This document shows positions 42,829 through 53,935 of a stretch of 53,935 bases of DNA, piece after piece. The translations under genes were made by a program, and so were the position numbers. This stretch comes from Bradymonadia bacterium. GTDB taxonomy: Bacteria; Myxococcota_A; Bradymonadia; UBA7976; UBA1532. The stretch's first letter is position 1, and each line of letters begins with the position of its first letter. The notes under the pieces were generated by a model. The model saw nothing but the letters and a program-made list of their open reading frames with translations. It was not told the origin of the DNA and did not search any database. Location: positions 1-53,935 of the forward strand of contig JBKAGE010000009.1 in the NCBI GenBank assembly GCA_046290225.1. The letters are read 5' to 3'.

Positions 42829-43194
42829 ATGTCGACCCGGCCCTCCAAAGACCTGGACTTCTTCCCCAACCCCAACCCCGAGCGCAATTACGAGATCTTC
42901 TTCGATTGCCCGGAGTTCACCTGTCTGTGCCCCAAGACCGGCCAGCCCGACTTCGCCACCATTCGCATTCGGTACGTGCCCGACGAGAAGTGTGTCGAGC
43001 TCAAGTCGCTCAAGCTCTACCTCTGGAGCTACCGCGACGAGGGCGCGTTCCACGAGGCCGTCACCAACAAGATCTTGAGCGATCTCGTCGCCGTGACGGC
43101 GCCGCGCTTCATGGAGGTCGAGGGGGATTTCTACGTCAGAGGTGGGATCCGGACGGTGGTCACCGCCCGTCACGGCCAGCGGCCGGAGAGCTGA
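42829..43194 (+). CDS. queF: NADPH-dependent 7-cyano-7-deazaguanine (preQ0) reductase, short type
   Basis: [15 protein letters not shown] and ELKSLKLYL QueF motifs; FHE; RGGI; RBS GAGGAG. Confidence 0.96.
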   Translation: MSTRPSKDLDFFPNPNPERNYEIFFDCPEFTCLCPKTGQPDFATIRIRYVPDEKCVELKSLKLYLWSYRDEGAFHEAVTNKILSDLVAVTAPRFMEVEGDFYVRGGIRTVVTARHGQRPES

Positions 43195-43211
43195 GCCCGT
43201 AGCGTCGAGGC

Positions 43212-43266
43212 TCAGCGCGCAGGAGATTCAGCGCGCAGGAGATTCAGCGCGCAGGGGACTCAGCGC
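43212..43266. repeat. 16-bp tandem repeat (TCAGCGCGCAGGAGAT, three copies plus a partial)
   Basis: Units start at 43212, 43228 and 43244; the partial at 43260 coincides with the stop codon of the convergent gene. Confidence 0.9.
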
Positions 43267-46200
43267 CGGCGGCGGCGCAGCCCCAGGGCCCCGAGGGCCA
43301 TCAGCATGCCGAAGAGCAGACCAGCAGGGCCGCCGCGGGCCGCCGAGGTGGAGCAACTCGCGGGGTTCGAGCCGGCCACGAAGCCCGGATCGTCCTGACC
43401 CGGCACCCCACCGTCGGGGTTCCCGCCGCCGTTGGGCACCAGCGGATCATCATCCGTGCCATCGTCGATGCCGTCGCCGTCGGTGTCGGGGTTCAGGGGA
43501 TCAGTCTCCCCAGGGTCCACCTCACCGTTGGCGTTCTCGTCTTCCACACCATCAGGCAGGCCGTCGCCATCGGTGTCGGGCACGCGGGGGTCAGTCTCAC
43601 CGTCGTCCACCTCACCGTTGGCGTTCTCGTCTTCCACACCATCAGGCAGCTGATCGCCGTCGGTGTCGGGGTTGTTCGGGTCCGTCTCGCCCGTATCGAA
43701 GTTGCCGTTGCCGTTCTCGTCTTCGATGCCGTCGGGCAGGCCATCGTCGTCGGAATCGGGATCGAGGGGATCAGTGGGGTTGTTGCCGTTCACCTCGGGG
43801 CCATCGTTGATGCCGTCGCCGTCAGTGTCGGGGTTCAAGGGGTCAGTCTCGCCCTCGTCCACCTCGCCATTGCGGTTCACATCTTCTTCGCCGTCGGGCA
43901 GGCCGTCGTCGTCGGTATCGGGGTTGTTCGGATCGGTCTCGTCGTCGTCCACCTCACCGTCGCCGTCCACATCCTCGAAGCCATCAGGCAGGCCGTCGTC
44001 GTCGGTATCGGGGTTGTTCGGGTCCGTCTCACCCTCATCGATCATGCCGTCGGCGTCTTCGTCCTCCACGCCGTCGTCGAGGCCGTCGTCGTCGGTGTCG
44101 GGATCGAGGGGATCCGTGGGGTTGTCACCGTTCACCTCGGTGCCGTCGTCGATGCCGTCGTCGTCGGTGTCGCGATCATTGGGATCCGTGCCGATCTCCG
44201 TCTCTTCGAGATCCGTGAGGCCGTCACCATCGGTGTCGTTCACCACATCGTCCACGGGATCGAGGGGGTTGCGGCCGCCGTTGACCTCGCTGCCGTCAGG
44301 CTCGCCACCATCATCGGTGTCGGGGTCCCGGGGGTCGGTCTCGCCCTCGTCCACAGTGCCGTTGGCGTTCTCGTCTTCTTCGCCGTCTTCGAGACCGTCG
44401 TTGTCCGAGTCGGGATCACGGGGGTTGGTCTCCCCATCGTCTACCCGGCCGTTGCGGTTCTCGTCCTCGACACCATCAGGGATGCCGTCGTCATCAGTGT
44501 CGGGATCCCGGGGGTCAGTCTCCAGCGGATCCACCATGCCGTTGCGGTCCGTATCCTCAGTGCCGTCGGGGATGCCGTCGTTGTCGGTGTCAGGGTTGTT
44601 CGGATCAGTCTCACCCTCGTCGAGGTTGCCATCCTGGTCCGCGTCCTCGACGCCGTCGGGGATACCATCGTCATCGGTGTCGGGATCAGTGGGATCCGTG
44701 GGGTTCGAGGCAGTGGTCTCGGTGCCGTCGGGGATGCCGTCGTCATCAGTGTCGGGATCATCCGGATCAGTCTCACCGGGGTCGACCATGCCATTGCCGT
44801 TGGGATCTTCCCGGTCATCGGGCAGGCCGTCGCCGTCGCGATCACCACTGCCGCCCATGTCGTCGTCGGGGTTGTCCACGGGGTTGCGGCCGCCCTCGAC
44901 CTCGCTGCCGTCGAGCTCGCCACCATCGTCTGTGTCGGGATCTCGGGGGTTGGTCTCCTGACCCTGGTCGAAGTTGCCGTCGCCGTTGGCGTCTTCCTCG
45001 CCGTCGGTGAGGCCATCATCGTCAGTGTCCTGGTCGAGGGGGTTCGTGGGGTTGTTGCCGTCCACCTCGATGCCGTCGGTGAGGCCATCACCGTCGGTGT
45101 CGGGGTTGGTCGGATCAGTCTCGCCCTCGTCCACTGCGCCGTCTTCGTCGCGGTCCTCGCGGCCATCTTGCAGGCCATCACCATCAGAGTCGGGGTTGCG
45201 GGGATCGGTGCCCGCCTCGCCGTTCACCTCAATGCCGTCGTTGAGGCCATCGTCGTCGGTGTCGCGATCAGCAGGGTTGGTCTCGTCTTCGTCGAGGTTA
45301 CCGTCGTTGTCGGCGTCCTCGACACCATCGAGCAGACCATCGCCGTCGGTGTCACCTCGAAGCGGATCAGTGGGGTTGTTGCCATTCACTTCGACCCCGT
45401 CGGTGAGATCGTCACCGTCAGTGTCGGGGTTGTTCGGGTCGGTCTCCCCAGGATCGATGTCACCCGTGCGGTTCAGATCTTCCTGGCCATCCTGAAGGCC
45501 ATCATCGTCGGTGTCGGGATCGAGGGGGTTGGTGGGGTTGCCGCCAAGCACCTCAGTGCCGTCGTTGAGGCCGTCGTTGTCGGAGTCGGGATCGAGGGGA
45601 TCCGTCTCGTCCGGATCGCGAACACCATCGCGGTTGGCGTCTTCCTCGCCATCCTCGAGGCCATCGTCGTCGGAATCGGGATCAGTGGGATCTGTCTCGT
45701 CTGGGTCACGATTGCCGTCGCGATCACGGTCCTCGGTGCCGTCGGGGATGCCGTCGCCGTCGGTGTCGGGGTTGTTCGGATCGGTCTCTCCAGGATCGAC
45801 CATGCCGTTGCCGTTGCGATCCTCGATGGGATCCGGGAGGCCGTCGCCGTCGGTGTCGAAGATCTCGTCCTCGCCGCCGACGTCGATCACGTTCACCGGC
45901 GCGTCGCACTGACGACACAGCGCGCGATCGGTGAGGGCCCGGGCACCAAAGACCCAGGTGTCGTAGATTTGGGGAATGTCACGGGCCTGGCCACCCTCCG
46001 GGGGCACGCGGCGGGGCTGCACCCAGCGACGACGCTGGCGGGGGATCAGACCAGAGCCTTCAGGGAGCACCTCCACAGCATCAGAGCCGTCGACGAGATC
46101 AACGTCAGTGCGGATGGGGGTGTCGTTCCAGTACATTTGCAGCGGAGAGAGCGCGCCATTGGCGCCGGCCTGCTCCGAGATCACCATGCCCTGGGCGTTG

Positions 46201-47468
46201 TCCTCGATGTCCACCATGGGCAGGTGGGTCTCGCCGGCGAGCAGGCGCAGCTGGAACCGGTACTGGCCGGGGGCCACCACCTGGCCGTTGGCGTCGGTGC
46301 CGTCCCAGGTGACGCGGTTCTCGCCGATGACGGCCTGGCCGACCATCTGGGCGTCCACCGAGCCGTCGAAGACGTTATCCTGGTTGGTGTCGACGGTGAT
46401 GCGGTATCGGCCGGCGATGTTGCTCACGAAGGTGAAGTCGCCAGTGTCCTGAATACCATCACCGTTAGGGGTGATGGTGTTGGTGCCGGCCTCGTCGTTG
46501 AACTCGACGGCATCCATCTGAGGCGCTGCCGGTGCCGCAGGGGCTGGATCGGGGTAGTTCAGGTAGATGCTGTACTGACGACGGACCGCCTGAGTGGCCC
46601 CAGCGCCATCGAAGCCACAATCGCCGGCGCCGTCGGGATCACCATCACGGCACCAGCTCTCGCTGGGGTGATCGGTGATGCCCACCTCGTTCGCCAGCAG
46701 CTGGTAGCGGAAGCCCCGCATCTGCTCGAAGTCGATGACGAAGACGTGGGCGCCGGTCGCTTCGGCGGTGGTCACGGGCGCCACCGCGAAGAAGTCGGCG
46801 TCGGTGCCATAGGCGAAGCGGTGGGCGTTGAAGAACCAGTGTTCGCTGTTGAGGCGGCCGCCGGCGGTGTCCTGGCCGTTGGCGTCGAGGACGTCGACGG
46901 CGAAGTAGCGGGTTGAACTGCCGCTGCCGATGGTGAGCGTCTCGGGCTCACCGGCGAAGTTCACCTGCCACTGACCAGGCCGATCAGCGACGAAGTCGAT
47001 GTAGTTCCCCGGGCCCGTCTGAGCGTTGCAGTAGCCTGCTGCGCCGTTGACAGCGAAGGCCTGTACACACCGCCCCTGGCCGGCCCCCCCGGCGAATGGG
47101 GCGTTGGAGCCCACGGCACGGCACTGGCCGTTGGCGCCCTCACAATCGTTGTCGTTGTTGCACAGCACGTCGACAGGCGGGGAAATCAAAATCTCCGCCC
47201 CGACTCGGTGATCGACGAGGTTCTCGTGGGCTTGCCCAGGAGACTCGTCCACCGGCACGTCGGCGTCGACGTCGGCCTCTTGTACTCCATCGTCGCTGGA
47301 GCACACGCGGATGCGCTCTCCAGCGGCTTGGATGTTGACGTTCAGAGTGCTGTTCCCCTCCAGCCCCTGACTGTTGCCGAGCTGTGGTGAGCCCTCTGGG
47401 AGTGCCCAAGCACTCACAGGCAGCAGCACGGTGGCTGTCGCCACCAAAATCCGGGCACGTGTCTTCAC
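43260..47468 (-). CDS. Large surface protein with FlgD-Ig-like domain, thrombospondin type 3-like Ca-binding repeats and a MYXO-CTERM-like tail
   Basis: Signal peptide; ITPNGDG...WDGTDANG...GQY; long run of D(T/S)DxDGxxDG.E / GETDP repeats; C-terminal Cys + TM + RRRRR. Confidence 0.9.
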   Translation of the reverse strand: MKTRARILVATATVLLPVSAWALPEGSPQLGNSQGLEGNSTLNVNIQAAGERIRVCSSDDGVQEADVDADVPVDESPGQAHENLVDHRVGAEILISPPVDVLCNNDNDCEGANGQCRAVGSNAPFAGGAGQGRCVQAFAVNGAAGYCNAQTGPGNYIDFVADRPGQWQVNFAGEPETLTIGSGSSTRYFAVDVLDANGQDTAGGRLNSEHWFFNAHRFAYGTDADFFAVAPVTTAEATGAHVFVIDFEQMRGFRYQLLANEVGITDHPSESWCRDGDPDGAGDCGFDGAGATQAVRRQYSIYLNYPDPAPAAPAAPQMDAVEFNDEAGTNTITPNGDGIQDTGDFTFVSNIAGRYRITVDTNQDNVFDGSVDAQMVGQAVIGENRVTWDGTDANGQVVAPGQYRFQLRLLAGETHLPMVDIEDNAQGMVISEQAGANGALSPLQMYWNDTPIRTDVDLVDGSDAVEVLPEGSGLIPRQRRRWVQPRRVPPEGGQARDIPQIYDTWVFGARALTDRALCRQCDAPVNVIDVGGEDEIFDTDGDGLPDPIEDRNGNGMVDPGETDPNNPDTDGDGIPDGTEDRDRDGNRDPDETDPTDPDSDDDGLEDGEEDANRDGVRDPDETDPLDPDSDNDGLNDGTEVLGGNPTNPLDPDTDDDGLQDGQEDLNRTGDIDPGETDPNNPDTDGDDLTDGVEVNGNNPTDPLRGDTDGDGLLDGVEDADNDGNLDEDETNPADRDTDDDGLNDGIEVNGEAGTDPRNPDSDGDGLQDGREDRDEDGAVDEGETDPTNPDTDGDGLTDGIEVDGNNPTNPLDQDTDDDGLTDGEEDANGDGNFDQGQETNPRDPDTDDGGELDGSEVEGGRNPVDNPDDDMGGSGDRDGDGLPDDREDPNGNGMVDPGETDPDDPDTDDDGIPDGTETTASNPTDPTDPDTDDDGIPDGVEDADQDGNLDEGETDPNNPDTDNDGIPDGTEDTDRNGMVDPLETDPRDPDTDDDGIPDGVEDENRNGRVDDGETNPRDPDSDNDGLEDGEEDENANGTVDEGETDPRDPDTDDGGEPDGSEVNGGRNPLDPVDDVVNDTDGDGLTDLEETEIGTDPNDRDTDDDGIDDGTEVNGDNPTDPLDPDTDDDGLDDGVEDEDADGMIDEGETDPNNPDTDDDGLPDGFEDVDGDGEVDDDETDPNNPDTDDDGLPDGEEDVNRNGEVDEGETDPLNPDTDGDGINDGPEVNGNNPTDPLDPDSDDDGLPDGIEDENGNGNFDTGETDPNNPDTDGDQLPDGVEDENANGEVDDGETDPRVPDTDGDGLPDGVEDENANGEVDPGETDPLNPDTDGDGIDDGTDDDPLVPNGGGNPDGGVPGQDDPGFVAGSNPASCSTSAARGGPAGLLFGMLMALGALGLRRRRR

Positions 47469-47641
47469 AGGCGCTCTCCCTCAAGTTGGACAGACGGACC
47501 ATTGTGATCCAGCCGGTCACATCGAAGCAATCGCCGTAGAGCCCTGTGGGTGAGGCTACAACGGTCTACACGTCAGTTAATGTAGTTTTGTGTGCGTATA
47601 AATGCAAAGAATCGAGCGAAATGGGATCGATGCGATCCGCC

Positions 47642-49144
47642 TTATGGGGTGGGCGCGCGCTCGATGACCAGCTGCCCGATGGCTCGGAGCAGTTCTACCT
47701 GGCGCCCGAGATCACCCACCACGAGCCTGACGTGACCGACATCGGCGGGCATCTGGTTCCATGTGGCGTCCACTGTGTGCCAGCGATGCCCGTCGGGTCC
47801 CTGAACAGCGATTTCGTTCCAGGCATGATAGCCAAATCGGCCTTCTTCAGATCGAGGTACGAACCACACGAGCCCCGCCACGACGCGAGTGGGCACCCCC
47901 CGAGCGCGCGCGAGGGCTGCGAAGAGTACGCTGTGCTCGTTGCAGTCGCCTACCCGGGTCTTCAAGACCTCGAGTGCGCTGGGCACGCCGATGACCCGTT
48001 GCTGGGTGATGTGTCTTTTGAGCCACTTCGAGATGTCGGTGGCCACCTGCACTGTGTCGTCGCGCCCCTCGGTGATCTCCCTGGCGAGGGCTACGATGTC
48101 CGGATGATCTGCCTGGATCAGGGCTGTGGCTTCGAGGTGCGTGTTCAAGGTGGTGGGCAGCTTCAGGCCTGTAGGAGGTGGCTCCTTGTGGATCTCGAGC
48201 TTGCCCGTTTGTGGATCGAACCGCTGACGATCACCGTCCAGATCCAAGCCCTGAAACGAGATCCCCGAGAGGGAGAGCGCCAGCGAGTTACGCTTGCGTA
48301 TGTCGCCAGGCATGTCGTCGACCTTGATGAGGGTCTTCTCGAAGAGGTCCACGGCCTTTTGTGGGCCAAAGGAGACCCCCCAGCGGGCCTGAGCCTCGGT
48401 CTCTCGAATCGCCACCATCCCCATGGCGAGCTGCTGCTTGAGGATCTCGCCCCGAGGGTTGAGCCATGCGTCGAGCACCAGGCCACCGATGCGCTGTTTG
48501 ATGCGGGTGGTCTCCACGATTTGCCCGAGGGCGCTGATCGTCTCGGGGCCCACCACCTCGATCTCCACAGCTTGCTCTTGCTGAGTGATGGGATCGAAGA
48601 GCCCCAGAGTGAAGGTCTCTCCAGGGATGAGCGTGCGCTGCCCCAAGGCTGGACCGAGGGTGGCCTGGAGGGCAGGTGGTCGACTCAACGGGATGAGGCG
48701 GGTGGACTCGCTGCCTGCAGTGTCGAGGGTGAGCTTCAGGGTGAGGTCGGGCGCGACGCCTTCGACCTCACCTTCGCCTGAGAGCTCTGCAGGGCCGGCG
48801 TCGACAGAGAAGGTGAAGCGCTTCAAGGTGAGGGCATCATCGGTGTACGCGTCAACCTCGAGTTCGAGGTGTTGCTCCACCGACATCATGGACAGCCGCA
48901 TGACGGACTGCACTTCGAGATGCCAGCCGTCGTCGGTGCGCTGCCGCTCGGTGCGGGTGTAGCCCACCTTCTCCGATCCTGCGTAGACGCCGAGCCATTC
49001 GACCCCTGGTTGCAGCTCAGGGCTCGACGAGAGGGCAGATTCGATGACCTTCTGCTCGGCATCGAAGCGCTGCACCAGCACCACGAGGCCCACGCCGAAG
49101 ATCCCCCACATCGCCAGCCCGAGAGCATCCCATCGACCCATCAC
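47642..49144 (-). CDS. Transglutaminase-like domain protein, membrane anchored
   Basis: GDCNEHS, YHAWNE and VDAT give a Cys-His-Asp triad; N-terminal TM. Confidence 0.9.
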   Translation of the reverse strand: MMGRWDALGLAMWGIFGVGLVVLVQRFDAEQKVIESALSSSPELQPGVEWLGVYAGSEKVGYTRTERQRTDDGWHLEVQSVMRLSMMSVEQHLELEVDAYTDDALTLKRFTFSVDAGPAELSGEGEVEGVAPDLTLKLTLDTAGSESTRLIPLSRPPALQATLGPALGQRTLIPGETFTLGLFDPITQQEQAVEIEVVGPETISALGQIVETTRIKQRIGGLVLDAWLNPRGEILKQQLAMGMVAIRETEAQARWGVSFGPQKAVDLFEKTLIKVDDMPGDIRKRNSLALSLSGISFQGLDLDGDRQRFDPQTGKLEIHKEPPPTGLKLPTTLNTHLEATALIQADHPDIVALAREITEGRDDTVQVATDISKWLKRHITQQRVIGVPSALEVLKTRVGDCNEHSVLFAALARARGVPTRVVAGLVWFVPRSEEGRFGYHAWNEIAVQGPDGHRWHTVDATWNQMPADVGHVRLVVGDLGRQVELLRAIGQLVIERAPTP

Positions 49145-49320
49145 AGGTGGCGCCCCACAGGGCGAAGTTGGCGCATATGCGAGGGGAGACTTATGTATGA
49201 AAGATGCTCTGATGAAGCCTTGTTCAGGTGCTTGACTGAACGGGTGTGCAGCGTTAGGGTGAACCTATCAAGACAGGGGGCCCCAGTGAATGGGAAGCAG
49301 CCCCTTCCCCTCGCTTCGCG

Positions 49321-51738
<2,418 letters not shown>

Positions 51739-51749
51739 GAGGAGGGCTG

Positions 51750-53690
51750 ATGAAAGCAGCAGCGATGACCACTGACTACACCGCAGAAGACATTACCGTC
51801 CTCGAAGGCCTCGAGCCTGTTCGCAAGCGTCCGGGCATGTACATCGGTGGGGTGGGCAAAGACGGCCTGCACCATCTCGTCTGGGAGATCGTCGACAACT
51901 CCGTCGACGAGGCGATCAACGGCCACGCCACGACGATCACGGTGACCCTGCACGAAGAGGGTCGCAGCGTCACCGTGGAAGACAACGGTCGCGGTATCCC
52001 CGTGGGGCCTCACCCCAAAGACGGCCGCAGCACCCTCGAGGTGATCCTGACGACGCTGCACGCCGGCGGAAAGTTCGAGGGCAAGAACTACAAGACCTCA
52101 GGTGGTTTGCACGGTGTGGGCTCGAGCGTGGTGAACGCCCTCTCGGTCTGGATGGTGGCGAAGGTGAAGCGCGGTGGGGTGACCTACGAGCAGCACTACA
52201 GCAAGGGCCACCCCGAGTCAGATGTGAAGAAGGTCGGCCCTGCCCGTGGCACGGGTACCTCGATCAGCTTCGCACCTGATCCCGACATTTTCCCCAAGAC
52301 CCGCTTCGATCCAGAGATGATCGCCAAGCGTCTCGATGTGAAGACCTACCTCAACAAGGGTCTGCGCATCGTCTTCCGCAATGAGGCAGCCACCGACGGC
52401 CAGCCCCGTGTGCAGGAGTTCCGTCACGAGGGCGGCATCGTCGAGTACCTGACGGATCAGATCTCGGAGAAGAACCGCAAGCCCATCCTCGACCAGAACT
52501 ACGTCTACGAGCGCGACGACGATGATGGCAGGGTGGAGCTGGCCTTGTGCTGGACCGAATCCACCGACGTGCTGGTGCACAGCTTCGTGAACGGCATCCC
52601 CACGGCAGGGGGTGGCACCCACGAGTCGGGCTTCCGCGACGCGGTGAACCGCGCTCTACGCGATTACATCGACGCCCACGAGCTGACACCACGTGGGGTG
52701 ACGATCACCCCAGACGACATCCGCGAGGGCCTCACTGCAGGGCTCAACCTCTTCATCGGTGATCCGCAGTTCCAGGGTCAGACGAAGGAGAAGCTGAACA
52801 ACCCGGAGGTCCGCACCTGGCTGGCGAGCGGCCTGAAGGCGGCTCTGGAGGCCTGGCTGCATCAGAACCAGACACAGGCGCAGGCCATCGTCACCCGCAT
52901 CATCCAGTCCTGCCGCGCCCGCTCGGCGAGCCGCTCGGCGGCCAAGGCTGCACGGCGCAAGAGCCCGGTGAGCCACCGCCTGAACCTGCCTGGAAAGCTG
53001 GCAGACTGCAGCAACACGGATCCGATGGAGAGCGAGCTGTTCCTGGTGGAGGGTGACTCCGCAGGCGGCTCGGCGAAGCAGGGCCGCGATCGCCGCACGC
53101 AGGCGATCCTGCCCTTGCGGGGCAAGGTGCTCAACGCGGAGCAGGCCACTGAGCGCAAGGTGCTGGCGAACGCGGAGCTGTCCGACATCGTAAAGGCCCT
53201 GGGCTGCGGCCTGGGTAAAGACTTCGACGCGGATCGCCTGCGCTACAACCGCATCATCCTTCTGATGGATGCCGACAGCGACGGCCACCACATCGCGACG
53301 TTGCTCCTGACCTTCTTCTACCGCTACCTCCGCGGCCTCATCGACGGCGGCCACGTGTTCATCGCGCAGCCTCCGCTCTACCGCATCGACATCGGGAAGC
53401 AGACCTGGTGGGCGGAAGACGACGCGGACAAGGCCCGCATCCTGAAGCGCCACGGGAAGAAGGGGAAGCCCGAGATTCAACGCTTCAAGGGTCTCGGTGA
53501 GATGATGCCGGCGACGCTCTACAAGACGACGCTCGATCCGAAACACCGCCGCTTGCTGCAGGTGACGATCCCCGATGAGCACCGCCTGATCACTGAGAGC
53601 ACGATTACGGATCTGATGGGTCGCGACGCTCACGCCCGCTTCGAGTTCGTGATGGGCCAGGCCCACCTCGCCGAAGAGCTGGATATCTAG
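51750..53690 (+). CDS. Type IIA DNA topoisomerase subunit B (GyrB/ParE family)
   Basis: [50 protein letters not shown] and RFKGLGEM motifs; RBS GGAGG. Confidence 0.95.
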   Translation: MKAAAMTTDYTAEDITVLEGLEPVRKRPGMYIGGVGKDGLHHLVWEIVDNSVDEAINGHATTITVTLHEEGRSVTVEDNGRGIPVGPHPKDGRSTLEVILTTLHAGGKFEGKNYKTSGGLHGVGSSVVNALSVWMVAKVKRGGVTYEQHYSKGHPESDVKKVGPARGTGTSISFAPDPDIFPKTRFDPEMIAKRLDVKTYLNKGLRIVFRNEAATDGQPRVQEFRHEGGIVEYLTDQISEKNRKPILDQNYVYERDDDDGRVELALCWTESTDVLVHSFVNGIPTAGGGTHESGFRDAVNRALRDYIDAHELTPRGVTITPDDIREGLTAGLNLFIGDPQFQGQTKEKLNNPEVRTWLASGLKAALEAWLHQNQTQAQAIVTRIIQSCRARSASRSAAKAARRKSPVSHRLNLPGKLADCSNTDPMESELFLVEGDSAGGSAKQGRDRRTQAILPLRGKVLNAEQATERKVLANAELSDIVKALGCGLGKDFDADRLRYNRIILLMDADSDGHHIATLLLTFFYRYLRGLIDGGHVFIAQPPLYRIDIGKQTWWAEDDADKARILKRHGKKGKPEIQRFKGLGEMMPATLYKTTLDPKHRRLLQVTIPDEHRLITESTITDLMGRDAHARFEFVMGQAHLAEELDI

Positions 53691-53696
53691 AGCTCC

Positions 53697-53851
53697 GGCG
53701 CGGAGGTGGCGTTAGCCGCCGTGACGCCGGCGATCTCCCGCCCAGCTGCGACCTTTCCGTCCTCGGCGCAGCGCTGCTGCGCCTGCGGGTGAAAGCCCGC
53801 ATCTGGACGAGACCTCACCGACCTCACGACGACTGCCGCCACCTCCGCGCC
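53697..53851. other. Folded intergenic element closed by a perfect 15-bp inverted repeat
   Basis: GGCGCGGAGGTGGCG (53697-53711) / CGCCACCTCCGCGCC (53837-53851) with internal stems. Confidence 0.55.
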
Positions 53852-53935
53852 TCCGGTACGTCAGGCCAAGCCTGTTTGAACATGTCAGATGAAAGGTGCT
53901 GACCATGTGAATTGCTCGTTCGACATGTAGACCGC

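Noticed and set aside
53701..53800. SRP RNA-like motif (minus strand GAGGACGGAAAGGTCGCAG)
   Set aside because: Deviates from the conserved CAGG...GNRA...AGCAG helix 8 pattern, and the apical stem does not pair properly

Overview
GC-rich bacterial chromosomal window, probably Myxococcota-like (inferred from a MYXO-CTERM-type surface protein, many Gly/Cys-rich lipoproteins and a Ser/Thr kinase fusion). It starts at the left end of an IS3-family element, followed by a divergent peptide/nickel-type ABC transporter operon, two sulfatase-like genes and assorted housekeeping, signalling and envelope genes (gor, queF, M17 aminopeptidase, CHAD/CYTH, hybrid histidine kinase). It ends with a type IIA topoisomerase A-then-B pair. 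The most striking content is non-coding: four 400-520 bp palindromic intergenic elements in two arm families (A: 12985-13501, 29617-30136; B: 16188-16584, 36813-37206). Their arms are unrelated, but all four share a ~130 bp core with three conserved boxes at near-fixed spacing. Their side hairpins keep GNA/GNNA loops, and arm modules are shuffled between copies. This suggests an undescribed REP/REPIN-like, ssDNA-structured non-autonomous element system. A separate folded MITE with a TGA target duplication (30934-31222) and a further folded element (53697-53851) are also present. Product calls rest on motif recognition only; no database search was run.
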